Positions 9,601 to 18,015 of a DNA stretch of 64,000 nt are shown piece after piece. How positions within the stretch are numbered: the first letter of the stretch is position 1; every line of letters begins with the position of its first letter. The stretch is from Nannocystis sp. (GTDB taxonomy: Bacteria > Myxococcota_A > Polyangia > Nannocystales > Nannocystaceae). Under the pieces are notes generated by a model, which had not been told where the DNA came from, did no database searches, and worked only from the letters and a program-made list of their open reading frames with translations. The DNA is taken from assembly GCF_016717175.1 (NCBI RefSeq), contig NZ_JADKFZ010000004.1, one strand, 5' to 3'. The position numbers were made by a program, and so were the translations under genes.

Positions 9601-10657
9601 CGAGCGAGCCAAGGTGCGCGCGCTCTACAAGCACGTGATCACCAGCACCCGCTACGTCGGCCTCGAGTTCGGCATCCACGGCTTCAAGCCCTACCGCACC
9701 ACCGACGTCTACGACCGCCGCTTCGGCGACTGCAAGGACAAGGCGAGCCTGCTCAAGGTGATGCTCGCCGAGGCCGGCATCGCGTCGAACCTCGTGCTGG
9801 TGCGCACCCGCGATCAGGGCACGATCGGCGCCACGCCGGCCTCGCTGTCCGCGTTCAACCACGCCATCACCTACGTCCCGAGCCTCGATCTCTACCTCGA
9901 CGGCACCGCCGAGTTCTCCGGCCCGGAGGAGCTGCCGACCGGCGATCAGGGCGCGACCGTGTTGATCGTCCGCGACGGCGCCGGCGCCGAGCTGCGCACG
10001 ATCCCGACCAGCAAGCCCGGTGACAACGCCCAGACGATCCGCCAGACCATCGCCCTCGCGGCCGACGGCAGCGCCCGCGTGCAGCACGAGCTCACCGTCA
10101 CCGGCGCCGGCGCGGCCGGCTGGCGCAGCATTTTACAGAGCGCCGACAACCGCAAGGAGCGGCTCACTCATGCGTGGGGCGGCCAGTTCCCGGGCGTGGT
10201 CGTCGCCGACATCGAGGCGCCGACGCTCGGCGACGTGCTGCTGCCGGTCAAGCTGCGCAGCAGCTGGCAGGTGCCGAGCTGGGCCCAGACCCAGGGCGAC
10301 GGCCTGCGCTTCCCGGCGCTCGGCTACCGCACCGGCCTCACGCGCCAGCTCGCCGGGCAGGCCAAGCGCGAGCACGACCTCGTGATGGCCGCGCCGTCGA
10401 TCGAGGACAGCCAGCTCGCGTACCAGCTGCCCCGGGGCTGGAAGATCGTCCAGGCCCCCGCCGACAAGCAGATCGACACGCCGCTGGCGAGCTTCAGTCT
10501 GCGCGTCGAGCAGAAGGGCGACACGGCCCAGGTCAGCACCCACATCGAGTACCGCAAGTCCCGCTTCACGCCCGCCGAGTACCGGGCCCTGCGCGACTTC
10601 CTCAGCCAGGTCGACGGCAGCCTCGATCAGGTGTTCGAGATCCGTCCGGAGCGCTAG
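6662..10657 (+). CDS. Large secreted TPR-repeat protein with DUF3857-like and transglutaminase-like (Cys-protease fold) domains
   Basis: Signal peptide (LGLSLLAFGTAEA|AP), an N-terminal beta-sandwich-like region, and multiple TPR-like helical repeats are present. The transglutaminase-like core retains the catalytic Cys (RFGDCKDKASLLKVMLAEAGIASNLVLVRTRDQG). Length is 1331 aa. Confidence 0.85.
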   Translation: MRRSMRRPAPRKAARLRRAALRATATFGLGLSLLAFGTAEAAPAAGPASAPVSAPVSGSGVAPPSAATPGAATLWTPGIRDAAHPGRFVREFARRKALLRAPGPEAVLALLGAMVELQGEIPGLEMAAFLDGARKHREPLVASHAGYLRAQLEEARGDQARATAMYRAEGFVLDWQIVGPFENTGRAGHAAVYAPETDPFSAGQSFVGKLPGEPLVWRRFVHEQAPRGAFINLADLLDPPEQAVGYATVWVKVDRPGRAALHLGTSGAYKVWHDGVLVGSDDTYRTPTPLQASHALELRAGWNRILIKLATDDGMWGFYARLSAPDGRPLAGLVSTLEPQSTPVSPGAKDRSVSTGPKGQVAKASPGAGGVASSPVGVGRPGAGGVASSPVGVGRPGVRSLRAALEAKGQGPRARPADRLALVEFYRWTLPFAREDRSAVDRAREADSALGTARSAYLLATLDPDQNNSRVALQRAVERARAEGSGSREGGAPLLATLLVELSLRDRYLGLESRARALLDEAFRTAPDDVIVELALAERLSEDGFPLAALAWVGDMQRRYPDSAILARQQAERRMNLGRTEEALQILGTLQGAQPTDLGVAAEMQDGLLRLGRADEAVAIARERVRLVPGLPESHRALARFEEARGDLAAARAAMQRAADLAPHDADIHAQIGRLAARAGDVSAAIQSVRRSLELRPQQPDLRDFLATLDQGARDDLLARYPVDLEELAAIPTPAAWKGKDAGILLARTAVRVLPNGLSERLDHRVIRVLDDRGIRSQAMQGVVFDPAEAYVEVRRARVRRAEGGVEEIGDASVVALTDAGYRMFYDQRQQRVTFNGLRVGDTLEVAFVRRDTAARNKFDDYFGEIAALEDVLPQRRREYILEAPAGRKLYFNQPVEASPGKEPGTTLYKLVVGERKGIRPEANMPGWTEIAKYLHVSTFADWDAVGRWYWNLVKEQLVVDAKIRAAVNEVLLGLPEGADERAKVRALYKHVITSTRYVGLEFGIHGFKPYRTTDVYDRRFGDCKDKASLLKVMLAEAGIASNLVLVRTRDQGTIGATPASLSAFNHAITYVPSLDLYLDGTAEFSGPEELPTGDQGATVLIVRDGAGAELRTIPTSKPGDNAQTIRQTIALAADGSARVQHELTVTGAGAAGWRSILQSADNRKERLTHAWGGQFPGVVVADIEAPTLGDVLLPVKLRSSWQVPSWAQTQGDGLRFPALGYRTGLTRQLAGQAKREHDLVMAAPSIEDSQLAYQLPRGWKIVQAPADKQIDTPLASFSLRVEQKGDTAQVSTHIEYRKSRFTPAEYRALRDFLSQVDGSLDQVFEIRPER
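7757..7846 (+). repeat. Perfect 45-bp direct tandem duplication, in frame, inside the CDS at 6662..10657 (encodes PGAGGVASSPVGVGR twice)
   Basis: ccccggcgcgggcggcgtcgccagcagcccggtcggcgtcggccg is repeated back-to-back, seen directly in the sequence. Confidence 0.85.
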
Positions 10658-10664
10658 GCAACCC

Positions 10665-13600
10665 ATGTCATTCCCGTCCGCACCTGTCCTTCGGGCCATG
10701 TTGTCCTTCGCCGCGATCGCGGCCCCGATCTCGCTGCCGGCGTGCAAGCACAAGGCCGAGACCACGCAGGCGCCGTTCACCGCCGACGCCGCCCGCCAGC
10801 GCGCCGCGGAGCTCGAGCGTCAGCTCGTCAAGCAGCCGCAGGACGACGTCGCCGCGCTCGAGCTGGCCAACCTGCAGTGGTTGCACCTGCGGGCCACCGC
10901 GAAGGCGCTCCCCACCTTCGATCGCCTGGCCGCGCGGGGCAACCCCTACGCCCAGGTCGCGCGCATGATCATCGCCGACGCGCGCCTCGACCTCGTCACC
11001 GTGCGCAGCATGGCCCACGCGCTGATCAAGGGCGCCGCCGCGGCGCCGGGCCTCGCCCCTGCCGATGTCGCCGAGCGGGCCGCGCTGGCCGAGCTCGGCG
11101 CCCGCTACATCGGCGAGAACCACGGCGAGCTGCCCGACGACGACCTCGACTTCACGCGCTTCTTCGCGGAGGTGGAGCGCCTGCCGCTCCCGGTCGCCGT
11201 CACCCAGCCGCTGCTGAGCCAGCGCGCAAGCATCGCTCGCCGCCTCGATCAGCCCTACCTGGCCTACTACGAGGCTCAGGGCTGCGTGCGCGCCTGGCAG
11301 GTCGGCAAGGTCGAGGGCCACCTCGAGGCCTTCGAGCTGCGCCGCGCCGCGGCCGACCCCGCCGCGTTCGAGCTCGACCCGCAGGCCGTGCTCACGCCGC
11401 TGTCCTGCGTCGTCCGCACCTGGAACCCGACCCCGCGCGCCGGCATGCGGCGCATGCGAAGCTACCTCGACGTCCCTGGCGAGCAGCTCACCCTCAACAT
11501 CAGCAGTCAGGAGGCGGTCCGCGTCTACCTCGACGGCGCGCCGATCCACCGCAGCGACCGCAGCGACCGCTGGCCCCGCGGCGACAACACCCTCGAGCTC
11601 AAACTACAGCCTGGCATCCACCGCCTCGACGTCCACACCGCCGTGCCGCGCGAGAAGGTCTGGGTCCTGGTCCGCGCCACCGACCACCGCGGTCAGGCCG
11701 TGCCGGCCAGCGTCGAGGCGAAGGGCCCGCTGGCCCCGGCCTTCACGGGTCAGCCCGTGCGCCCGCGTTCGCCGTTCTTCCCATATGCACAGGGCCCGAT
11801 CGCCGGCCCGAGTTACGCGCCGCTGCGCATGCTGCTGGCCGCCTCCGACGCGATGGCCGACGCCAACAGCGACGACGCCGAGGGCTTCATCAAGGCGCTG
11901 CGCCACGCGGGCCCGAACTTCGCCGAGGGCGAGCTGCTGGTCGCGGCCTTCGAGACCGGCGACCCCACGCGTGACCGCAGCACCTCGACGGCGCGCCAGC
12001 GGGCGGCGATCGAGCGGGCCCTGGCGATCGACCCGGGCCTCGCCCGCGCGAGGATCCGCCTGCTCGAGATGGGCCTCGAGCGCGGCGAGACCAGCGAGGT
12101 CCTCGACGCCGTCACCGCGCTCGGCGACAAGGCCCTGCGCAACGTCCCGGGCGAGCTGCTGCGCTACCAGGCCTACCTCGCCCGCGGCAACGAGTTCCAG
12201 TCCGACGCGGCCCTGGCCCGCGCCGCCGCGATCCACCCGGAGCACTGCGCGGTGCTCAAGGCCCAGCGCGTGGTGGCCCAGCGCCGCGGCGACGTCGCGG
12301 CCGAGGACGCGCTCTCCGCGAAGGTCGAGACCTGCCCCGGCACCACCGGTACGCGCGCCCGCCTGGCCGCGCGCCGCGGTCGCCGCGACGAGGCCCGCGC
12401 GCTCTACAAGAAGCTGCTCGAGCGCACCCCCGACGACGTCGACGTGATGGCCGAGCTCGCCGAGCTGGCGATCAGCGAGGACAAGCTCGACGAGGCCCTC
12501 GGCTACCGGCGCAAGATCCTCGGCCTGAACCCCTACGCGACCAGCATGCACGTCGCCATCGCCGACCTCCAGGCGCGCATGGGCGACCCCGCGGCCGCGC
12601 GCGCCAGCGTCGGCGAGGCGCTGGTCCGGGTCCCGCAGAGCATGGCGATGTGGCAGGTCGCGCAGAACATCGGCATCCCGGACGACCTCGAGGCGCTGCG
12701 CGTCGACGGCCTGCCGATCGTCGCGGCCTACCGCGCCGGCAAGCACGACCACGCCGGCGTCGGCGAGGTGCTGGTGCTCGACCGCAGCGTCACCCGCGTG
12801 TACCCCGACGGCAGCCAGCGCCACATCATCCACACGATCACCGAGCTGCGCTCCAAGGAGGCGATCGACCGCTACGGGGAGATCGAGCCGCGCGAGGGGA
12901 CCCGCACGCTCACGCTGCACAGCATCAAGGCCGACGGCCGCGTGTTCGAGCCGGAGTCGATCCCCGAGAAGGACGGCCTCAGCCTGCGCGGCCTGCAGAT
13001 CGGCGACTTCGTCGAGTACGAATTCATGTTCGAGCGCGAGGAGCTCGGCCTGCTCCCGGGCTACGTCGACCTCTCGACCTTCCGCTTCCAGTCGCCCGAG
13101 ACCCCGTTCCACATCTCGGAGATGATCGTCGCCTACCCGAGCGACATGCCGCTCAAGGCCGAGCTCCGGGCCGGCGCGCCGCAGGCCGTGGTCACCCGTC
13201 TCGCTGCGGTCGCTGGCCTCGCTGCGGGCGCTGGCCAGGGCGAGCTCACCGTGCAGCACTGGCGCGTCGACCGTTCGCCGCGCCTCGGCGTCGAGCCGCA
13301 GATGCGCAACAGCCTGTTCGAGGTCCCGAACGTGCGCGTGTACAGCGACGTCGACACCGCCGCGTGGCTGTCGGCGCTGGGCCTGCGCATCTACACCGGC
13401 CAGCGCAGCAACCTCGAGCTGCGCCAGCTGACCCGCAAGCTGATCGCCGGCAAGACCTCGCCGCGCGCCCGCCTGGAGGCGCTGCACCGCTGGGTCGTCG
13501 AGAACGTCGAGGAGGTCGGCGAGCTCACCGTGCCGGCCACGCTCACGCTCTCGGCGCGCAAGGGCAGCGGCATGATCCTGCTCAAGACCATGCTGCGCGA

Positions 13601-14516
13601 GGCCGGCCTGCGCGCGGAGCTGTGGATCGCCCGCGACAACTTCGGCGCCGACATCAAGCCCGGCGGCAACCCGCTGTTCGAGTCCTACGATTCGCCCTAC
13701 CTGGCCGTTTGGACAGGTGAGGGCGAGACCCCGACGATGGTCATCACCGGCTCCAAGGTGCTGCCGCTCGGCTACCTCGTGCCCGGCCTCTCGGGCGCGG
13801 CCGGCTTTCGCATCCCGCTCAGTGAGAGCGACAAGGCGCCCGGCGCCGTGCGCTTCCCGGTCCGGCCCGCCGCGCTCGCGGACCGCCGCAGCTACCGCGT
13901 CCGCCTCGAGCTCGGCCGCGACGGCAGCGGCCGCGTCGAGGGCAGCATCGAGCTGCAGGGCATGGAGGCCGCGGCCTGGCGCGACGTGCTGCGAAACCTC
14001 GACCGCGACCGCATCAACGACGGCTTCGAGCGGGCCGAGCTGTCGGTGCTGTTCCCCGGCGCCACGGTCGAGCTCGCGGACCTGCAGATCGAGCAGGAGA
14101 AGCAGCTGGACGCCCCGCTGCGCCTGATCTTCCAGGGCGGCATCCGCGGCGCCGTGGTGGCCCAGGGCGGCGAGCTGCTGATGCGCGCCGCGACCGTGCC
14201 GCTCAACGTCGGCCTCGGCTACACGGCGCTGCCCGAGCGCAAGACCGGCTACGCGATCCCCTACGCGCCGTTGCTCGATGCCGAGGTGACGATCCAGATC
14301 GCCGGGGCCAAGTTCACCGGCACGCCCAGCGCCGAGACGATCGACACGCCGCAGGGCAGCTACCACCGCAGCGTCGAGGTCGGCGCGGAGGGCCTGACCG
14401 TGCGCACGCGTGCGACTCTCGGCACCGGCGTGTTCGGCCCCGAGGTCTACCCCGCGCTCGCCAGCCTGACCCGCCGGGTCAAGGCCGCCGAGGACCAGGT
14501 CATCCGCGCCCGCTGA
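10665..14516 (+). CDS. Paralog of the upstream TPR/DUF3857/transglutaminase-like protein; the transglutaminase-like core lacks the catalytic Cys
   Basis: Same overall architecture (1283 aa, TPR-rich middle, C-terminal DUF3857/TGase-like region), starting 8 bp after the previous gene. The core motif reads LSARKGSGMILLKTMLREAGLRAELWIARDNFG, where the catalytic Cys is replaced. Signal or lipobox: LPAC. Confidence 0.85.
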   Translation: MSFPSAPVLRAMLSFAAIAAPISLPACKHKAETTQAPFTADAARQRAAELERQLVKQPQDDVAALELANLQWLHLRATAKALPTFDRLAARGNPYAQVARMIIADARLDLVTVRSMAHALIKGAAAAPGLAPADVAERAALAELGARYIGENHGELPDDDLDFTRFFAEVERLPLPVAVTQPLLSQRASIARRLDQPYLAYYEAQGCVRAWQVGKVEGHLEAFELRRAAADPAAFELDPQAVLTPLSCVVRTWNPTPRAGMRRMRSYLDVPGEQLTLNISSQEAVRVYLDGAPIHRSDRSDRWPRGDNTLELKLQPGIHRLDVHTAVPREKVWVLVRATDHRGQAVPASVEAKGPLAPAFTGQPVRPRSPFFPYAQGPIAGPSYAPLRMLLAASDAMADANSDDAEGFIKALRHAGPNFAEGELLVAAFETGDPTRDRSTSTARQRAAIERALAIDPGLARARIRLLEMGLERGETSEVLDAVTALGDKALRNVPGELLRYQAYLARGNEFQSDAALARAAAIHPEHCAVLKAQRVVAQRRGDVAAEDALSAKVETCPGTTGTRARLAARRGRRDEARALYKKLLERTPDDVDVMAELAELAISEDKLDEALGYRRKILGLNPYATSMHVAIADLQARMGDPAAARASVGEALVRVPQSMAMWQVAQNIGIPDDLEALRVDGLPIVAAYRAGKHDHAGVGEVLVLDRSVTRVYPDGSQRHIIHTITELRSKEAIDRYGEIEPREGTRTLTLHSIKADGRVFEPESIPEKDGLSLRGLQIGDFVEYEFMFEREELGLLPGYVDLSTFRFQSPETPFHISEMIVAYPSDMPLKAELRAGAPQAVVTRLAAVAGLAAGAGQGELTVQHWRVDRSPRLGVEPQMRNSLFEVPNVRVYSDVDTAAWLSALGLRIYTGQRSNLELRQLTRKLIAGKTSPRARLEALHRWVVENVEEVGELTVPATLTLSARKGSGMILLKTMLREAGLRAELWIARDNFGADIKPGGNPLFESYDSPYLAVWTGEGETPTMVITGSKVLPLGYLVPGLSGAAGFRIPLSESDKAPGAVRFPVRPAALADRRSYRVRLELGRDGSGRVEGSIELQGMEAAAWRDVLRNLDRDRINDGFERAELSVLFPGATVELADLQIEQEKQLDAPLRLIFQGGIRGAVVAQGGELLMRAATVPLNVGLGYTALPERKTGYAIPYAPLLDAEVTIQIAGAKFTGTPSAETIDTPQGSYHRSVEVGAEGLTVRTRATLGTGVFGPEVYPALASLTRRVKAAEDQVIRAR

Positions 14517-14555
14517 GGCGTTGCCGCAGTCGCGCGGACGGGCGACGATGCCCCG

Positions 14556-15830
14556 ATGTCCCCCCGCGTCCCCCTGGTCCTCCTCCTCGCCCACGCGGGC
14601 GCCTGCGGATCGTCGTCGGAAGCCTCGACCACCGGCGACGTGAGCAGCAGCAGCGGCGAGAGCAGCAGCGGCGAGCCCGTCACACCGACCACCGGCGAGG
14701 CCGCGACCGGCAGCGACGACAGCACGAGCAGCGCAGGCAGCGACGCGAGCAGCGGCGGCTCACTCGCCACCAGTGACACCGGCGACACCGGCGAGACCAG
14801 CGACACCGGTGATCCGGGCATCGTCTACCCCGAGCCCGACTGGCAGCCCGGCGATCCGATGGCGCACGGCTTCGACCCCGCGGGCCTCGCCGGCATGGCC
14901 GCGCTCGCCGAGTCGAGCGACTCGAACTGCCTGGTCGTCACCCAGGGCGGCGCCTTGATCGGCGAGTGGTACTGGAACGGCTTCGACGCGGCCAAGAAGC
15001 AGGACAACGTCTACTCGGTCACCAAGTCGGTCACCAGCGCTCTCGTCGGCGTCGCCGCCGAAGAGGGCCTGCTCGACATCGAGGCTCCGGTCGGCTTCAC
15101 CGAGTGGGCCGGCAGCGACAGCGAGGCGGTGACGATCCGCAACCTCATCAGCAACAACTCGGGGCGCGAGTGGAGCTTCAACAGCGACTACATCGCCATG
15201 GGCGTCGCCCCCGACCAGACCCAGTTCGCCCTCGACCTCGGCCAGGACAAGCCGGTGGGCACCTTCTGGGAGTACAACAACGCCGCGATCCAGACCCTGG
15301 AGCGCGCGCTCAAGACGGCCACCGCCGGGCCGCTCGGGGACTACGCCCAGAGCCGACTGTTCGACGCGATCCACATGAGCGCCGACATGGGCAAGGACGG
15401 CGAGGGCAACGCGCTGACCTACCAGGGCGTCTCGGCGTCGTGCCGCGATCTGGCGCGCTTCGGCTACCTCTACCTGCGCGGCGGCACCTGGGCCGATGAC
15501 GTCCAGGTCGTCCCCGCCGCGTGGGTCAGCGCCACGATCACGCCGAGCACCGCCTTCAACAGCGCCTACGGGTACATGTGGTGGCTCAATCGCCCGGGCC
15601 ACTGGATCTTGCCCTCGGTGCCGCTGCGCACCGAGGGCGACGGCAAGCTGATCCCCGCGGCGCCCGACGAGGTGTTCGCGGCGATCGGCGCCTTCGGTCA
15701 GTTCGTGGTCGTCGATCCCACCACCGATTCGGTGTGGGTGCGACTCGGGCCGATCGACCTCGGCGACGCGTCGGGCTTCGGCAAGCTCAATGCGCTGTGG
15801 GACGCCTTCGAGGCGGCGCAAATTCCGTAG
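14556..15830 (+). CDS. Beta-lactamase / PBP-family serine hydrolase lipoprotein
   Basis: Lipoprotein signal (LLLAHAGAC|GSS) and a Ser/Thr/Gly-rich linker are followed by an SxxK active-site motif (YSVTKSVTSALVGVAAEEG) typical of class-C beta-lactamase / D-Ala-D-Ala carboxypeptidase-like enzymes. Confidence 0.85.
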   Translation: MSPRVPLVLLLAHAGACGSSSEASTTGDVSSSSGESSSGEPVTPTTGEAATGSDDSTSSAGSDASSGGSLATSDTGDTGETSDTGDPGIVYPEPDWQPGDPMAHGFDPAGLAGMAALAESSDSNCLVVTQGGALIGEWYWNGFDAAKKQDNVYSVTKSVTSALVGVAAEEGLLDIEAPVGFTEWAGSDSEAVTIRNLISNNSGREWSFNSDYIAMGVAPDQTQFALDLGQDKPVGTFWEYNNAAIQTLERALKTATAGPLGDYAQSRLFDAIHMSADMGKDGEGNALTYQGVSASCRDLARFGYLYLRGGTWADDVQVVPAAWVSATITPSTAFNSAYGYMWWLNRPGHWILPSVPLRTEGDGKLIPAAPDEVFAAIGAFGQFVVVDPTTDSVWVRLGPIDLGDASGFGKLNALWDAFEAAQIP

Positions 15831-15857
15831 ACGTCGTAGAAGCCGTGGCCGCAGGGC

Positions 15858-16490
15858 TCAGCCAGCGAGCGCCTGGCCGGCCCGCGCCAGCGCCGACACG
15901 CAGGCCAGCGCCGCGTCGAGCTGGGCGTCGCTCGGCAGCGCGGCGCACGGCCAGATGAGCAGGACGATGCCGTTTTGGTGCAGCAGGTAGGGCCGCGGCA
16001 GCTGCATCAGCGCCTTGCGCACGGCCTCGTCGCACAGCTGCGGCGCGCGGGCGCGGTGGTTGCTCCACAGCTGCAGGCCCGGCTCGCTGTCGACGCGCTG
16101 GCCGGGGTGGCGCGCCGTCTGGGCGACCGGCGAGCTGTGGGCGAACAGCTCGCAGACAAGCCATGGGCTGCGCGGCAGGCGGGTCTCGAGGAACACCCCG
16201 ATCTCGCCGTGGGCCACCGCGCCCTGGCTGAGGTGGAAGCTGGCGCCCGCGACGGCGCCGATCACCGCGAAGCCGCCGCTGCGCTCGACCAGGTGCCAGC
16301 CGCGGCGCTTGGCGAGCGCGGCCCAGTGGGCCCGGTCGCGGGCCAGGCTGCGGCGGTGGCGGATCCACAGGTTGGCCAGGGCGAGCCCCGCCGCGGCCGC
16401 GAACGCGGCGCCGAGCAGCAGCCCGCGCAGCGAGGGCGGGCGCTCGAGGAGGGCGTGCAGGGCCGGGTGCGCGTGGCGGGAGGCGAGCAC
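15858..16490 (-). CDS. Hypothetical membrane protein
   Basis: A 210-aa ORF with hydrophobic segments (LLLGAAFAAAAGLALANLWI; GFAVIGAVAGASF). It is convergent with the upstream hydrolase gene. No recognisable domain. Confidence 0.45.
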   Translation of the reverse strand: MLASRHAHPALHALLERPPSLRGLLLGAAFAAAAGLALANLWIRHRRSLARDRAHWAALAKRRGWHLVERSGGFAVIGAVAGASFHLSQGAVAHGEIGVFLETRLPRSPWLVCELFAHSSPVAQTARHPGQRVDSEPGLQLWSNHRARAPQLCDEAVRKALMQLPRPYLLHQNGIVLLIWPCAALPSDAQLDAALACVSALARAGQALAG

Positions 16491-16540
16491 GACCGCAGGC
16501 TAGCACGCCGCGGTGGTCCGCCCCAGATCCCGCGATCACG

Positions 16541-16590
16541 GCTCACCTGTCCCTGGAGACAGGCACCAATCGCCTGTCCCTGGGGACAGG
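16541..16590. repeat. Two adjacent copies of a short palindromic element (CCTGTCCCTGGRGACAGG) in an intergenic spacer
   Basis: cacctgtccctggagacaggcaccaatcgcctgtccctggggacaggtg. Each copy has 6-7-bp inverted arms CCTGTC/GACAGG. It sits between the 5' end of 15858..16490 and the 3' end of the DUF1552 gene. Confidence 0.8.
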
Positions 16591-16597
16591 TGCGGGC

Positions 16598-17983
16598 CTA
16601 GACCTTGAGGCCCGCGAGCGGTCCGGTGCTGTCGTCGCCGAAGCTCGGCGTGGGCACCTCGAAGGCCTCGGCGATCGAGATGAAGAGGTTGGCGAGCGGG
16701 GTCTTGTCCGGGACCTTGAGGTGGCGGCCCGGCGTGATCGCGCCGCCGAGCTTGCCGGCGACCAGCACGGGCAGGTCATCGTGGTTGTGGGCGTTGCCGT
16801 CCGCGATCTCCGAGCTCAGATAGACCACGGTGTTGTCGAGCAGGGTGCCGTCGCCGTCGGGGCTGTCCTTGAGCTTCTGCAGCAGTTTGGCGAACTGCGC
16901 GACCTCCCAGGTGTCGATGATCTCGAGCTTGGCGAAGTTCTCGGGCAGGTCCTGGTGGTGGCTGATCTCGTGGTGGGCCCCCGGGGCGCCGATGAACGCG
17001 TGGTCGCGGCCGCTGCCGGCGTTCTCGAGCATGAAGGAGATGACGCGGGTCTGGTCGCACTGCAGCGACAGCACCATCAGCTCGGTCATGAGGTCGACGT
17101 GGGTCGCGTGGTCCTGGTAGGCGCCGGAGAACATCGCCGGCAGCTCGCAGACGGCCTCGGTCTTCTCGTTGCTGACCCGCTTCTCGAGGTCGCGCAGGCC
17201 GGTCAGATATTGCTCGAGCTTGTCGCGGTCGGTCTTGCCGAGCTTCTTCTGCAGATCGAGCACCTGGTCGTTGGCGTAGTCGATGACGCTGAGGCGGTTG
17301 GCGCGGCGGATCGCCAGCTGCTCGGCGGTCGCGTCGGGGTCGAAGCCGGAGAACAGCAGGTCGAAGATCACCTGCGGGTCGGACAGCTTGGGCAGCGGCG
17401 TCTTCGGGTCGGCCCACGAGATGTTGCTGGTGTAGGCGCACGAGTAGCCGCTGTCGCAGTTGCCCATGGTGCCGCCGCTGGCGGTGCCGAACTGCAGCGA
17501 GCGGTGCGGCGTCGCGTCGCCGATCTGGTTGGCGATCAGCTGGTCGATCGAGATGTTGTTGACGAAGTCGACCTCGGACTTGAGCACGTGCGTGCAGGTG
17601 AGGAAGGCCGAGGTGCCGCCGGCGTGGTCGCCGGGGCCCTCCGGCTTGGCCGGCAGGTTGGCCAGGCCGCTCAGGACCAGCACGTCGCCCTTGAGGTCGA
17701 CCATCGCGTTGGCGTCGACCAGCGGCGCCAGGATCTTGGTGAGCGCGTAGTCGGGGCCCTCGCTGGCCGGGGTCCACGAGGGCATGTGGATGCCGCAGGG
17801 CAGGTAATAGAACAGGGCGCGCAGCGGCGAGGGCATCGGCGCTGCGCTGGCCCGACTACCAAATTGGCCGCCCGTCTTGGGCGCGAGCGCCTCGAGCCAG
17901 GGCAGGGCGATCAGGGCGCCGGCGCCTCCGAGCATGGCCCGGCGAGACAGAGTGCGGCGAGGAGGGGTGGAGCTGCGCGTCAT
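16598..17983 (-). CDS. DUF1552-family protein with a twin-arginine-like signal
   Basis: MTRSSTPPRRTLSRRAMLGGAGALIALPWLEALA is RR-type. The body matches DUF1552 proteins, the usual partner of DUF1592/1588 proteins. AGGAGA RBS upstream. The ATGA-free start at 17983 was chosen over the Arg-rich upstream extension. Confidence 0.85.
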   Translation of the reverse strand: MTRSSTPPRRTLSRRAMLGGAGALIALPWLEALAPKTGGQFGSRASAAPMPSPLRALFYYLPCGIHMPSWTPASEGPDYALTKILAPLVDANAMVDLKGDVLVLSGLANLPAKPEGPGDHAGGTSAFLTCTHVLKSEVDFVNNISIDQLIANQIGDATPHRSLQFGTASGGTMGNCDSGYSCAYTSNISWADPKTPLPKLSDPQVIFDLLFSGFDPDATAEQLAIRRANRLSVIDYANDQVLDLQKKLGKTDRDKLEQYLTGLRDLEKRVSNEKTEAVCELPAMFSGAYQDHATHVDLMTELMVLSLQCDQTRVISFMLENAGSGRDHAFIGAPGAHHEISHHQDLPENFAKLEIIDTWEVAQFAKLLQKLKDSPDGDGTLLDNTVVYLSSEIADGNAHNHDDLPVLVAGKLGGAITPGRHLKVPDKTPLANLFISIAEAFEVPTPSFGDDSTGPLAGLKV

Positions 17984-18015
17984 GGTGGTGGTTCTCCTGG
18001 GCTCGCGGGCGCGGT

